This document shows, in pieces, positions 1 to 9,268 of a DNA stretch of 64,000 bases; the stretch's first letter is position 1, and each line of letters opens with the position of its first letter. A program made the translations under genes and the position numbers. This DNA is from an uncultured Candidatus Saccharibacteria bacterium (GTDB taxonomy: Bacteria > Patescibacteriota > Minisyncoccia > Phycocordibacterales > SBAW01): the NCBI GenBank assembly GCA_964650645.1, contig CAZYUH010000001.1, positions 639,202 to 703,201 on the forward strand, in the 5' to 3' direction. The notes under the pieces are model-generated. The model ran no database searches. It was not told the DNA's origin and saw nothing but the letters and a program-made list of their open reading frames with translations.

Positions 1-190
1 CAACCGCCGCCGTGGTGCTTGCCGCGCCCTGCCCTTCAGTGAACGGCTGGGGCCATAGGGTCGCCAAAAGCGCGCCAAGAACAATGCCGCACACGAGGAG
101 TCCCGCATAGACGGGCGCGTGGGAGCGGGCCGCGCGCCTGCTGCTGGGGAATCCGAAATCGGGCTTGGATGCGGGGGCGTTTTCCTTCAT
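1..190 (-). CDS. Hypothetical membrane protein, N-terminal part only (gene runs off window start)
   Basis: ATG at 190-188 on minus strand gives MKENAPASKPDFGFPSS...LLVCGIVLGALLATLW with a hydrophobic helix; GC3-rich frame; not in ORF track because truncated. Confidence 0.3.
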   Translation of the reverse strand, partial: MKENAPASKPDFGFPSSRRAARSHAPVYAGLLVCGIVLGALLATLWPQPFTEGQGAASTTAAV

Positions 191-221
191 GGGCTCTTCA
201 GGGACGCTCGGCGTCCTGGCG

Positions 222-1079
222 CTATTTTACATTGCCCGTGCCGCCGCACAAGGCGCCGGCTTCTTCCAGCGCGGCATCGGCCTTCGAGCCCGACACCCCC
301 GCTTCTTCCAGCACGTTGGGAGAGCGCACGAGGTCGCTGCACAGCACCACCTTCCTTTCAAGCAAAAGGGCCTTCTCGCGGCGCCCGAGCGCCGTCAGCG
401 CGGTTACCGGGTAGAGGCCCGCGGCGTCGATGCGGTCGTGGAGCGTCGCGCCGCGCGGCTGTTCCCAGCTTAAGAGCTCGAGCCCGGTGCACGACGCGTA
501 GTGGCTTGCGTGGGACGTGAATTTCGTATTGGTGGCAAGCAAGCCGCGCACGACTGCCGCTTCTTCGCCGCCTTTGGGCTTTTTCGCGCCCCGCCCCGCC
601 CGTATGTCGTCCATGCGCGCCTTCACGTAGAGCGCGGTCTTGAGGTCGGTCTTGAAGCCCGGGCTGTTGTGGAACTTCGCCTCGACGTACATGAGCTCCC
701 CGCCCCTGCTCGCCACGACGTCCACCTCGTGCTCGACGCACGCGCCCGCGATGATGCGCCCCGTCGACGCCTCCCAACCCTCGGCGCGCAGGAGCGCGGC
801 CAGGTAGGTCTCGAAGGGAAAGCCTGAGGGCCCGAAGTCCCATACGGCGCGCTTGAGGCTGTAGCGCGCGGCCAGGCCGCGGCGCCGGTTTCGCAGGCGC
901 GCGAACGCGCGCCGGTAGAGCTCCTGCGTCGTCATGCCGTTGAACAGCTCCCCTTCGAGCTCGCGCGATATCTCGTAGGCGTCGGTGCGGTCGGCGCCAG
1001 CGCGCGCCAGCGAGCCCAGGAGCTTGTGCGCGTCGAACGCCTCGCGCGTGCCGTCGGCTTTGGTGATGAGAACCGCCAT
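222..1079 (-). CDS. ATP-cone domain plus Mrr-like restriction endonuclease domain protein
   Basis: N-terminus MAVLITKADGTREAFDAHKL...TQELYRRAFARL matches ATP-cone (NrdR-like); C-terminal half has Mrr_cat-like core (VVASRGGELMYVEAKFH); start taken at internal Met 17 of the 301-aa ORF. Confidence 0.6.
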   Translation of the reverse strand: MAVLITKADGTREAFDAHKLLGSLARAGADRTDAYEISRELEGELFNGMTTQELYRRAFARLRNRRRGLAARYSLKRAVWDFGPSGFPFETYLAALLRAEGWEASTGRIIAGACVEHEVDVVASRGGELMYVEAKFHNSPGFKTDLKTALYVKARMDDIRAGRGAKKPKGGEEAAVVRGLLATNTKFTSHASHYASCTGLELLSWEQPRGATLHDRIDAAGLYPVTALTALGRREKALLLERKVVLCSDLVRSPNVLEEAGVSGSKADAALEEAGALCGGTGNVK

Positions 1080-1084
1080 TACCC

Positions 1085-2143
1085 TCAGTATACGCGCACT
1101 TCCCGGATGACTCCCCCGCCCAGGCACCTGCCGTGTTTATAAGCGACAAGCGACTGCCCCGGCGGCGCGTAGTGCGGCTCCGTGAGCGTGACGGTTCCCG
1201 CTTGCGCGTCGAGCTCCGCTCCAATGAGCTCCTGGCGGTAGCGGTACCGCGCGAGGCAGGGCCCGTTTTCAACAGGCCCTATCCAGTTGGCGTCGCTCAA
1301 AACCAGCTCCGTGCGCGCGGCGCCGGCCGGGAACCTGCGTTCCGAGACCGTGATGGTGTTCGCGCGCGCGTCCTTGCCTATGACATAGAGGGGCGTGGCG
1401 CTCGGTCCCTGCGCCTTGAGGGAAAAGCCGTGGCGCTGGCCCATGGTGTAGAGCGCCGCGCCTTGGTGCGCGCCGATAACCTCTCCTGCCTCGTTCAGCA
1501 CCGCGCCTGGCGCCGGATGCAGCTCCTTCTTAAGCATGTCGCTAATCGACACGGATCCCAAAAAGCACAGGCCCTGGCTGTCTTTCCGCGCCGCATTCGG
1601 CAGCCCGAGCTTTCGCGCCAGCGCCCGCACCCGCGGCTTCTGCATGCCCCCTACGGGAAAGAGCGTGCGCGCTAGCGCCTCCTGCGGCACGGCCCATAAA
1701 AAGTACGACTGGTCCTTGCCGTGGTCGGCGCCCGCATACAGCAGGCCGTCCTTTGTCTGAGCGTAGTGGCCCGTCGCCACGACGTCGGCGCCCTGCGCGA
1801 GCGCCCACTCGAAAAAAAGCCCGAACTTTATCTCGCGGTTGCATAGCGCGTCGGGGTTGGGCGTGCGCCCCTCGCTGAATTCCCGCATCGACTCGGCGAA
1901 CACGCGCTCGCGGTACTCCCGCGAGAGGTCCACTTCCCTGAACGGAATGCCCAGGTGCGCGGCGGCGCGCATGGCATCGATGCGGTCCTGCCCGGCGGTG
2001 CACGGGTATCCCTCCAGCGATATCCGGATGAACGCGCCGACCACGCGGTACCCCTGCCGCGCAAGAAGGGCCGCGGATACGGCGGAGTCCACCCCGCCCG
2101 AGAGCCCTACATATGCGGTGCGCGCGCCTTTGGTGCCTTGCAT
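1085..2143 (-). CDS. mnmA: tRNA-specific 2-thiouridylase MnmA
   Basis: PP-loop SGGVDSAV, full-length similarity to MnmA/TrmU including C-terminal domain. Confidence 0.9.
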   Translation of the reverse strand: MQGTKGARTAYVGLSGGVDSAVSAALLARQGYRVVGAFIRISLEGYPCTAGQDRIDAMRAAAHLGIPFREVDLSREYRERVFAESMREFSEGRTPNPDALCNREIKFGLFFEWALAQGADVVATGHYAQTKDGLLYAGADHGKDQSYFLWAVPQEALARTLFPVGGMQKPRVRALARKLGLPNAARKDSQGLCFLGSVSISDMLKKELHPAPGAVLNEAGEVIGAHQGAALYTMGQRHGFSLKAQGPSATPLYVIGKDARANTITVSERRFPAGAARTELVLSDANWIGPVENGPCLARYRYRQELIGAELDAQAGTVTLTEPHYAPPGQSLVAYKHGRCLGGGVIREVRVY

Positions 2144-2161
2144 GCCCCTGTTATAGCCCGT

Positions 2162-3211
2162 TTAGAAGTACGGGTCGAGGTACTTCTTCTTGTTGGCCAT
2201 GTGCGCCTCGTAATTCGTCGCGAAGTGGAAGTTGCCGTCGAGGTCCGAGAGGAAGAAGACGTACGAGCTTTCAATCGGGTTGAGCGCAGCGGTTATCGAA
2301 TCGAGGCCCGGGTTGTTTATGGGGCCCGGCGGCAAACCCTTGTACTTGTAGGTGTTGTACGGCGAGTCTATCTTGAGGTCGTCGAGCGTCACCTCGAACG
2401 TATTCTTGTTTATTATGTACGGGAAGACCGCGTCCACCTGCAGCGGCATGCCTATGTCGATGCGGTGCCACAGCACGCCCGCAATCTTCTGCCGGTCGGA
2501 GGTCTTGCTCGCCTCCTTCTCGAGTATCGACGCCATGGTCAGGATCTCGAGCTCGCTGTGGCCCGAGGCTTCTATCTGCTTCTGGAGCTTCGCGATGCGC
2601 GTGTGGTACGCGTTGTTGAAGACCGAGAGTATGGCCTCGGTGCTGTCCGACGGCATGAAGAAGTACGTGTCGGGGAACAGGTAGCCCTCCTTGCTCTCGG
2701 TCGCCTGGAGGAACGCGCGCCGGTCGAAATCAGGCAATTTCTCAAAGAGGATGCGCGCGATGTCGCGGGTGGTGGAGCCTTCGGGCACGAGCACGCGCAC
2801 CGGCGTGGTCTCGAAGGCCCCGGTTACCACGCGCATGGCGACCTGGAGGATGTTCTGCTCGCGCCCGAAGTAGTACACGCCGGCGGGCACGGCGCGGTCA
2901 TTGCCCATGAGCCGCGCCGCCTGCCTGAACGTCCACGCGTTGCGGACGATGCCGCGCGACTCGAATATCTCCCCCACTTCCTTGAGCGTGCTCCCTTCCG
3001 GGACCGTGACGTACGAGCCCGAGGGGAAGTACGAGACCGGCGCGAGCATGAGCGCGTACGCGCCCCACAGCAGGAGCAGCAGGAATCCTGCCGTAACGAG
3101 GATGTGCTCGACGATGCGCAGGCCGCGGTACCAGCTCCAGCCGCGGATGCCCCAATGCATGAACGTCGGGAAATGGAAATGGAGCTTTGCTACGTGGTGG
3201 GGCTTGAGCAT
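2162..3211 (-). CDS. mltG: Endolytic murein transglycosylase MltG (YceG-like)
   Basis: N-terminal TM helix followed by YceG-like domain (LQVDAVFPYI, NTYKYKGLPPGPINNPG motifs). Confidence 0.85.
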   Translation of the reverse strand: MLKPHHVAKLHFHFPTFMHWGIRGWSWYRGLRIVEHILVTAGFLLLLLWGAYALMLAPVSYFPSGSYVTVPEGSTLKEVGEIFESRGIVRNAWTFRQAARLMGNDRAVPAGVYYFGREQNILQVAMRVVTGAFETTPVRVLVPEGSTTRDIARILFEKLPDFDRRAFLQATESKEGYLFPDTYFFMPSDSTEAILSVFNNAYHTRIAKLQKQIEASGHSELEILTMASILEKEASKTSDRQKIAGVLWHRIDIGMPLQVDAVFPYIINKNTFEVTLDDLKIDSPYNTYKYKGLPPGPINNPGLDSITAALNPIESSYVFFLSDLDGNFHFATNYEAHMANKKKYLDPYF

Positions 3212-3220
3212 GCGTGGATA

Positions 3221-4660
3221 TTAAACGGGTAAATTAATGGGCGCGTCGGAGCGGCGCGAAGGCACGCGGTCGAGCGCCGGGGTCTGCACCGCCGAGCTCG
3301 GGAAGTGCCATATCGTCGCGAGCTCTTCGGTGTTGAGGAGCGTCGGAACCTGGTCGTACGGCACGTTGAAGTACGCGCGGTGCTTGTAGCGGAAGAGCAG
3401 GTTGCGGCGCACGCGGTTCTCGCGGATGCCGTTGTAGTCCTGCCACGGGTAGTCGAAGTCGCTGTTGCCGCGCGTGGGCATGATGCCGTTGTAATTCGGC
3501 TGGTTGTATGCGTCGAAGAACTTGACCACGCTGCCTATGTTGGTGCCGTTGAAGCTCCCGTCGTTGCGGCCTATGTACAGGACGCGTATGCCGCACTCGA
3601 AGTACAGCTTGGTAAGCGAGCGCTCTATGGCCTCCACTTGCAGCTTCTCGCCGCCGGAGAGAAGCGTCGAGCCGCGGGCGCCCACCCTCTTCTTCTCCGC
3701 ATCGTCGGTGACGAACGATTGGGCGCGCTTGATAGCCTGCTCGGTTATCTTGCCTATTTTCTTCTTCGCGCCGTCCTTCCACGGGTTGCCGGGCGCCGGG
3801 AACCCGTACCACCAATTGGTGCCGCCGAGGCTGTTGCTCTTGGGGGCCCTCATGATTATCTGCATCCACAAGTGCTCCCCTTGCCCTATCTGGCCCAAAA
3901 ACTCGACCAGGTTCGAGATGGGGTCGACCTGTATCTCGGGCTTGTCGGGGCTCTTGTCGAGCCCGTAGTCTATGTAGGTCTTTATGGGTAGGGCGTCGGC
4001 GTCAGCCGTTTTCTTGAACTCGGCGCCCCACAGCCCGTAGTCCTGCGCGTTGTACGGGATGCTGTCGGCATAATCGGCGACCTCCGTGATGCGCGCTTCG
4101 GGGAACTGCCCGTAGAGCTTCGCTTCGAGGATATTCTTCCAGCCCTTGCGGCAATGGAGGTAGAACTTGACCTGGCCCTCGTGGCTCGCGATTTCGAGCG
4201 TGAATATGGCGCGGGTCTTCCCTTCCCATATGCGCGCGATGAACGTGCTCTCGCCGCCCGAGTTGTACATGGCGGAAAGGAACAGCTCCATCGAAAGCGG
4301 CGACTTGGTCACTTCCGGCGGCAGCTGGATCTCGAGGAGGACGTGCTCCTGCTTGAACCAGAACATGTACTGGATGTAGTGTATCCACGTTATCCAGAAA
4401 AATATGGCGAGCCCCACGGGGAGCCACACCGGCGAGAGCGCGATGACCATGGCGAGCGTGCCTGAAACGGCGGCCGGGTCGGTGCCGCCCGCGACAATGA
4501 GCAGGACCACGAGCGCCGCCGGCATCACGACCAGCGCCTCGAATCCCCAGCCGCCTATCCATTCTTCAACCGCTGCCGCGCCGTCGTGCGTCCAGAACAA
4601 GAACGCCTTCTTGTACCAGGGCTGTTCTGAAAAAGGTACGCCGCCCGCGCCTTGTGCCAT
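3221..4660 (-). CDS. Hypothetical membrane protein (N-terminal TM helices + ~350-aa soluble domain)
   Basis: ORF track 3221..5119 trimmed to the ATG at 4660-4658 (MAQGAGGVPFSEQPWYKK) because the upstream part overlaps a divergent plus-strand gene; no family recognised. Confidence 0.5.
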   Translation of the reverse strand: MAQGAGGVPFSEQPWYKKAFLFWTHDGAAAVEEWIGGWGFEALVVMPAALVVLLIVAGGTDPAAVSGTLAMVIALSPVWLPVGLAIFFWITWIHYIQYMFWFKQEHVLLEIQLPPEVTKSPLSMELFLSAMYNSGGESTFIARIWEGKTRAIFTLEIASHEGQVKFYLHCRKGWKNILEAKLYGQFPEARITEVADYADSIPYNAQDYGLWGAEFKKTADADALPIKTYIDYGLDKSPDKPEIQVDPISNLVEFLGQIGQGEHLWMQIIMRAPKSNSLGGTNWWYGFPAPGNPWKDGAKKKIGKITEQAIKRAQSFVTDDAEKKRVGARGSTLLSGGEKLQVEAIERSLTKLYFECGIRVLYIGRNDGSFNGTNIGSVVKFFDAYNQPNYNGIMPTRGNSDFDYPWQDYNGIRENRVRRNLLFRYKHRAYFNVPYDQVPTLLNTEELATIWHFPSSAVQTPALDRVPSRRSDAPINLPV

Positions 4661-4684
4661 GCTACTATTATACCTGAACATAGC

Positions 4685-5023
4685 ATGGAGCCGAACTCCT
4701 TGAACAATTTCGACACGCTCAACCGCAACGTGGACGCCTTCAATGCCGCCGTGGGCCAGGGATTCTGGGACGTCGTATTCGCTCACCCGACGCTCTACCT
4801 CGGCTACGCGTTCGCGTTCCTGGCCGCGCTCGCCTTCCTGAAGTTCTTCAGGGGGTTCGCCGCGGGCCTGCCCAAGGTGTTCACTATCGACTGGAACGAG
4901 GAGCACCAGGCGCACCACAGGCTGCGCGTGACGCAGGGCTTCTTCATGCTCCTGTACCTCTTCATCGCTTGGGAGCTCGCGCGGTGGGTGCTGGGCGGCC
5001 TGCTTGGGCTGTTCGGATACTAA
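4685..5023 (+). CDS. Small membrane protein (2 predicted TM helices), hypothetical
   Basis: Internal Met of ORF 4652..5023 (MEPNSLNNFDTL...); GC3-rich codons; followed by a rho-independent terminator; divergent from the 3221..4660 gene. Confidence 0.45.
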   Translation: MEPNSLNNFDTLNRNVDAFNAAVGQGFWDVVFAHPTLYLGYAFAFLAALAFLKFFRGFAAGLPKVFTIDWNEEHQAHHRLRVTQGFFMLLYLFIAWELARWVLGGLLGLFGY

Positions 5024-5025
5024 AA

Positions 5026-5050
5026 ATCCCTCCATAAGGGAGGGTTTTCG
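5026..5050 (+). terminator. Rho-independent terminator
   Basis: CCCTCC-ATAA-GGGAGGG hairpin followed by TTTTCGG directly after the TAA at 5021-5023. Confidence 0.6.
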
Positions 5051-5226
5051 GTGCGGAGGAAAGCAAGGTTGGCGGAGTGTCGCGAGGGTGACGGCCCGTA
5101 GCGTATGTAGGCATATCATCTTCGGTCGCTCGGAATCAAAAGCAAAGCTTTTGTTCTCTCGCTCGCTCGATGATAGGAATTTTCCTCAGAAAATATCCGC
5201 ACTCCGGCGGCCTTGCTTTCCGGAGC

Positions 5227-6270
5227 TTATTTTACCAGCGAGAACGCGCCGTCCTTGCCGCGCTTGAAATACTTCTGGTTCTGCAGGTTGACCACTATGG
5301 TGCCCGGCTTCACGTGGCGCTCCTTGAGCACCGCGGCGATTATCTGGTCCTTGGTCATGGGGCCGCTCTTGCGCAGGGCCTCGCGGATGACGTCGCGCAC
5401 GACGCCAGTGGTGTAGCCCCACTCCTTGAGGGCGTACATGCCGCGGCCCACCAAGACGAAGCGGTCGTCCTTTATGAGCTCGTTGTGGGTGGTGGCCACG
5501 TGCGCCGCGCGGTTGAACATCTTCTCGATGAGGTTCGATACCTCGCGGAAATGGAGCGGCGAGCCGTGCTTCTTGACGGCGAGGTACGCGTAGTCGCGCA
5601 CGCCCTTGGTCTTCACGTTGGACGACGATGCCGGACCCCACTCGCCCAGCGGGTTCTTGCCGATGCCCTTGGAAATGGACAGCCAGCGGCGCAAGACCTC
5701 CTCGTTGCGGTGCTTGTCGTTGATGCTCTGGAGCTCCTTGAGGAAGCGGTCTATCATCTCGCCCTCAGGGATGAGGTCCTCGTCGGAGAGGCCGGCGTAG
5801 AGGTCCTTGAGCGCGTTCTCGACCTTCTGGGCGAGCTCGGGGTCCACGTACCAGCAGCGGTTGACCTCGTCGTCCTCCTTGCGGAACTTGAACGGGTCGC
5901 CGAGTACCAAAAGGAAGTAGATATGGTTCTGCATCGACTTGTCCTTGGTCATGAAATTGAGCAGGTCGTCCTCGCAGACGATGCCGCCCAGGCCGTCGAT
6001 GATGCGCTGGAGCTCCTCGAACGCCTCCTGCGCCGCCGCGAAGCCCGGGGACTTCTTGAGGCTCGCCAGCGCGTGGTTCTCTATCTGGCGGACGCGCTCG
6101 CGGGTGATGCCGTAGCGCTTGCCTATGGCCTCGAGCGTGACGCGCTCGGAGGAGGCGCCCAGGCCGAAGCGCGCCTCGAGCACGGTGCGGGAGCGCTCGG
6201 GAAGCGCCTGGAGGAGCTTCTTCACTATCGCCTTGGGCTTGAAGCCCGTTTTGTCCGCGGTAGATGCCAT
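5227..6270 (-). CDS. Putative transcription factor: sigma-70 region-4 HTH plus tandem HARE-HTH-like winged-helix domains
   Basis: N-terminus LEAIGKRYGITRERVRQIENHALASLKK is a sigma-70 region 4 signature; C-terminal DDRFVLVGRGMYALKEWGY and KDGAFSLVK resemble HARE-HTH (RNAP delta N-domain-like) motifs. Confidence 0.55.
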   Translation of the reverse strand: MASTADKTGFKPKAIVKKLLQALPERSRTVLEARFGLGASSERVTLEAIGKRYGITRERVRQIENHALASLKKSPGFAAAQEAFEELQRIIDGLGGIVCEDDLLNFMTKDKSMQNHIYFLLVLGDPFKFRKEDDEVNRCWYVDPELAQKVENALKDLYAGLSDEDLIPEGEMIDRFLKELQSINDKHRNEEVLRRWLSISKGIGKNPLGEWGPASSSNVKTKGVRDYAYLAVKKHGSPLHFREVSNLIEKMFNRAAHVATTHNELIKDDRFVLVGRGMYALKEWGYTTGVVRDVIREALRKSGPMTKDQIIAAVLKERHVKPGTIVVNLQNQKYFKRGKDGAFSLVK

Positions 6271-6288
6271 GGAATGTTTATGTGTTCT

Positions 6289-6317
6289 AATATATCACAG
6301 TCTAATAATGTGGTCAA
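6289..6317 (-). promoter_or_regulatory. Sigma70-like promoter for the 5227..6270 gene
   Basis: Minus strand reads TTGACC-17 nt-TATATT, about 18 nt upstream of the ATG at 6270. Confidence 0.45.
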
Positions 6318-6363
6318 ACCCTGTCAAACTTGAAAAAATGTTGCAAAGCTTGCTTTCGCGCCT

Positions 6364-9195
6364 CTACGCTACCACAAGCGCGGCTATTTTGCCCGGCACG
6401 TAGAGCGCCTTCTTTTCCTCCTTTCCGTCGAGCCATTTGGACGCGGCGGCGCGGGCGGCGGCAAGCGCCTCCGCTTCGGTCGCATCGGGCGCTATGGAGA
6501 TAGTGGCGCGCACTTTGCCGTTCACCTGCACGGCAATAGTGACGCTTTCCTGCGCCAGCTTCGACGCGTCGGCCTCGGGCCACAGTGCTGTGTGCACCGA
6601 GCCCTCGAACCCTGCCGTGCTCCACAGCTCTTCCGTTATATGCGGCGCGAACGGCGCCAAGAGCTTTAAAAACGCCTCCCACTGCCCGCGGCCTATCGCT
6701 TTGGCGCTCTCCGCGGCATTGAGGAATATCATCATCGCGCTCACCGCCGTGTTGAATTTGAACGAGGCGATGTCGCCGCCCACCTTGGCAACGGTCCTAT
6801 GGAGCTCCGCCTCAAGCGCCTCGACCGGCGCGTCCCGCACCAAGCTCTCCAGTTTCCATACGCGCTCTATGAAGCGGCGCGAGCCGGTCAGGTTCTCGGT
6901 GCTCCAGCGGATCGTGTTCTCGAACGGGCCCATGAACATCTCGTAGATGCGGAACGCGTCGGCGCCGTGCTCGGCCACCACGTCGTCCGGGTTTATGACA
7001 TTTCCGTAGCGCTTGCTCATCTTGCGGCCGTCCTCCGCGAGGATGAAGCCCAGGAACTCGAGCCGCGCGAAGGGTTCAATGGTCGAGACCGCGCCAATGT
7101 CGTAGAGGAATTTGTGCCAGAAGCGCGCGTATATGAGGTGGCGCACCGCGTGGTCGCCGCCCACGTACACGTCGACGGGCGCCCAATACTTCTCCTTGTC
7201 GGGCGCCACGAGCGCAGATGCATTATGCGGGTCCATGAAGCGCAGGTAATACCACGAGGAGCCCGCCCATTGCGGCATGGTGTTGGTCTCGCGCCGGGCG
7301 GGACCGCCGCATTCGGGGCACGTCGTATTGACCCACGACTCTATGGCCGCCAAGGGCGATTCGCCGGTGCCGGAGGGCTCGTAGCTCTCGACTTCGGGCA
7401 AAAGGACCGGCAATTGGTCCTCAGGAACGGCTACGGCGCCGTCCTTGGGGCAATGGATGATCGGGATGGGCTCGCCCCAGTAGCGCTGGCGGCTGAAGAC
7501 CCAATCCTTGAGCTTGTAATTGGTCGTCATTTTCCCGCCCACGGCCTCGGTAATCGCGCGCCTGGCTTCCGCACTCTCCATGCCGTCGAATGCGCCGGAA
7601 TTGATGAGGTAGCCCTGCCCGGCAATCGCCTCGTCGCGGTGCAGCAGGCGCCACACGAGCTTTTGGTGCTCAGGGGTGAGGCGCGACGCGACTTCGGCCT
7701 CATCGGCCCATGCGAGCGTGTGGAGCGCCTGCTCGCGTTCGGATATGCTGCCCTGCCCCTCAAGGCCGTCGACTTCGGCGAGGAGAGCCCATGCGTGCGC
7801 GCAGCGGTTCTCGTTCTTGTGCGAGGCGAAATAGCGGGCTGCGGTAATCCAGGGCGCCAATTTTATTATCTTCACGCCCTCCAGCGCGGCTTCTTCCTTA
7901 ATTTCCGCAAGAGCGGCCTGCTCGGGCGTCTGGCCCGGCTCTATGCCGCCCATAATGGCGGTCGTAAGCCCTTCAAGCGAGCCGTGCCAATCCAAAAGGG
8001 CGAATTTGCCGGTGTGCTTGTCGCGCAGGTGGACTATTACCGTGTCGCGCTTCACTTCTTCCAGGCCCGGCTCGGGCGGATTGTCCGCGTCCGCCTCGCA
8101 GGGCACGACGACTTGCCTGACAGGCAGGCCGAACTTCCGGGCGAACTCAAAGTCGCGCTCGTCATGCGCAGGCACGGCCATGATGGCGCCTGTGCCGTAC
8201 TGACCAAGCACGTAATCGGCGATAAATACGGGAATCTCCTCGTTGTTCGCCGGATTGACGGCCTTGATTCCCTTCAATTCCACGCCGGTCTTCTCTTTTG
8301 CCGCGCCGCGCTCAATTTCGGTCTTTTGCTCGGCCGCTTTCGCATAGGAAAGCGCTTCATCCCGGTTTTCCACCCTGTCTGCCAGCTTTTTTACAAGCGG
8401 ATGCTCGGGCGCCAGCACCATGTACGTGGCGCCAAAGAGCGTGTCGGCGCGCGTCGTAAACACGCGCACCTTCTCGTTAGAATCCTTGAGCGCGAAGTCT
8501 ATCTCGGAGCCTTCCGAGCGGCCTATCCAGTTCCTTTGGGCCTCCTTTATGTGCTCGGGCCACTGGAGCTGGTCGAGGTCGGCGAGCATGCGGTCGGCGT
8601 AGTCGGTTATTTTGAGCACCCACTGCGGCAGGCGCTTCTTCTCCACCTTGGTGCCGCACCGCTCGCATTCGTCGCCGTCGAGGTCCTCGTTGGCGAGCCC
8701 CGTCATGCATGACGGGCACCAGTTGATGGGCTCATCGCTCTGGTACGCCAGCCCCTTCTTGAACATCTGCAGGAATATCCATTGCGTCCACTTGTAGAAC
8801 TCCGGATCGGTCGTGTTTATCTCGCGGCTCCAGTCGTAATCGAAGCCGATATTGGCCAATTGCTCCTTGAACGTGGCGATGTTCTTTTGGACCGCCGCGC
8901 GCGGGTGCACCTTGTGCTTTATCGCGAAATTCTCCGCCGGAAGGCCGAACGCGTCCCAGCCCATGGGGTGGAGCACGTTGTGCCCGCGCATGCGCATGTG
9001 GCGGCTGTAGATGTCGGTGGCGATGTAGCCTTTGGGGTGGCCTACGTGGAGCCCTTCGCCCGAGGGGTACGGGAACATGTCGAGCACGAACGTCTTGGGC
9101 TTCTGCGAGCCGTCCTCCGCCCTGTAAATGCCGCTTGCGGCCCAGGCATCCTGCCACTTCTTCTCTACCGTACGGTGGTCGTATGGCCCCTTCAT
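6364..9195 (-). CDS. leuS: Leucine--tRNA ligase
   Basis: HIGH-type motif region (PYPSGEGLHVGHPKGY), KMSKS, full-length class I LeuS similarity; 943 aa. Confidence 0.95.
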   Translation of the reverse strand: MKGPYDHRTVEKKWQDAWAASGIYRAEDGSQKPKTFVLDMFPYPSGEGLHVGHPKGYIATDIYSRHMRMRGHNVLHPMGWDAFGLPAENFAIKHKVHPRAAVQKNIATFKEQLANIGFDYDWSREINTTDPEFYKWTQWIFLQMFKKGLAYQSDEPINWCPSCMTGLANEDLDGDECERCGTKVEKKRLPQWVLKITDYADRMLADLDQLQWPEHIKEAQRNWIGRSEGSEIDFALKDSNEKVRVFTTRADTLFGATYMVLAPEHPLVKKLADRVENRDEALSYAKAAEQKTEIERGAAKEKTGVELKGIKAVNPANNEEIPVFIADYVLGQYGTGAIMAVPAHDERDFEFARKFGLPVRQVVVPCEADADNPPEPGLEEVKRDTVIVHLRDKHTGKFALLDWHGSLEGLTTAIMGGIEPGQTPEQAALAEIKEEAALEGVKIIKLAPWITAARYFASHKNENRCAHAWALLAEVDGLEGQGSISEREQALHTLAWADEAEVASRLTPEHQKLVWRLLHRDEAIAGQGYLINSGAFDGMESAEARRAITEAVGGKMTTNYKLKDWVFSRQRYWGEPIPIIHCPKDGAVAVPEDQLPVLLPEVESYEPSGTGESPLAAIESWVNTTCPECGGPARRETNTMPQWAGSSWYYLRFMDPHNASALVAPDKEKYWAPVDVYVGGDHAVRHLIYARFWHKFLYDIGAVSTIEPFARLEFLGFILAEDGRKMSKRYGNVINPDDVVAEHGADAFRIYEMFMGPFENTIRWSTENLTGSRRFIERVWKLESLVRDAPVEALEAELHRTVAKVGGDIASFKFNTAVSAMMIFLNAAESAKAIGRGQWEAFLKLLAPFAPHITEELWSTAGFEGSVHTALWPEADASKLAQESVTIAVQVNGKVRATISIAPDATEAEALAAARAAASKWLDGKEEKKALYVPGKIAALVVA

Positions 9196-9214
9196 TGCTA
9201 CTCAAAATACCACA

Positions 9215-9258
9215 CGAAGCAAAAAAGAACACCGCCGGCGACAAGCCGGCGGTGTTCT
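9215..9258. terminator. Bidirectional rho-independent terminator
   Basis: GAACACCGCCGGC-GACAA-GCCGGCGGTGTTC perfect 13-bp stem flanked by AAAAAA and TTTTTT. Confidence 0.7.
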
Positions 9259-9268
9259 TTTTTACCAA

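Noticed and set aside
222-1127. Full 301-aa ORF for the ATP-cone/Mrr protein, starting at MPGRGSHPGSARILRV
   Set aside because: The ATP-cone domain begins at the internal Met (MAVLITK). The first 16 codons overlap the mnmA 3' end and look like read-through; start set at 1079.
1955-3232. 425-aa plus-strand ORF antisense to mltG, and many similar long ORFs elsewhere (e.g. 5170..6333+, 6799..8712+, 24581..25354+, 31168..32946+, 41444..42685+, 42709..43665+, 51528..52187+, 52383..53291+, 62890..63759+)
   Set aside because: They lie opposite strongly supported genes (MltG, LeuS, ATP synthase, CyoB, UvrA and others). Their translations are Arg/Ala/Gly/Pro-rich low-complexity strings typical of stop-codon-poor antisense frames in high-GC DNA, with no recognisable motifs.
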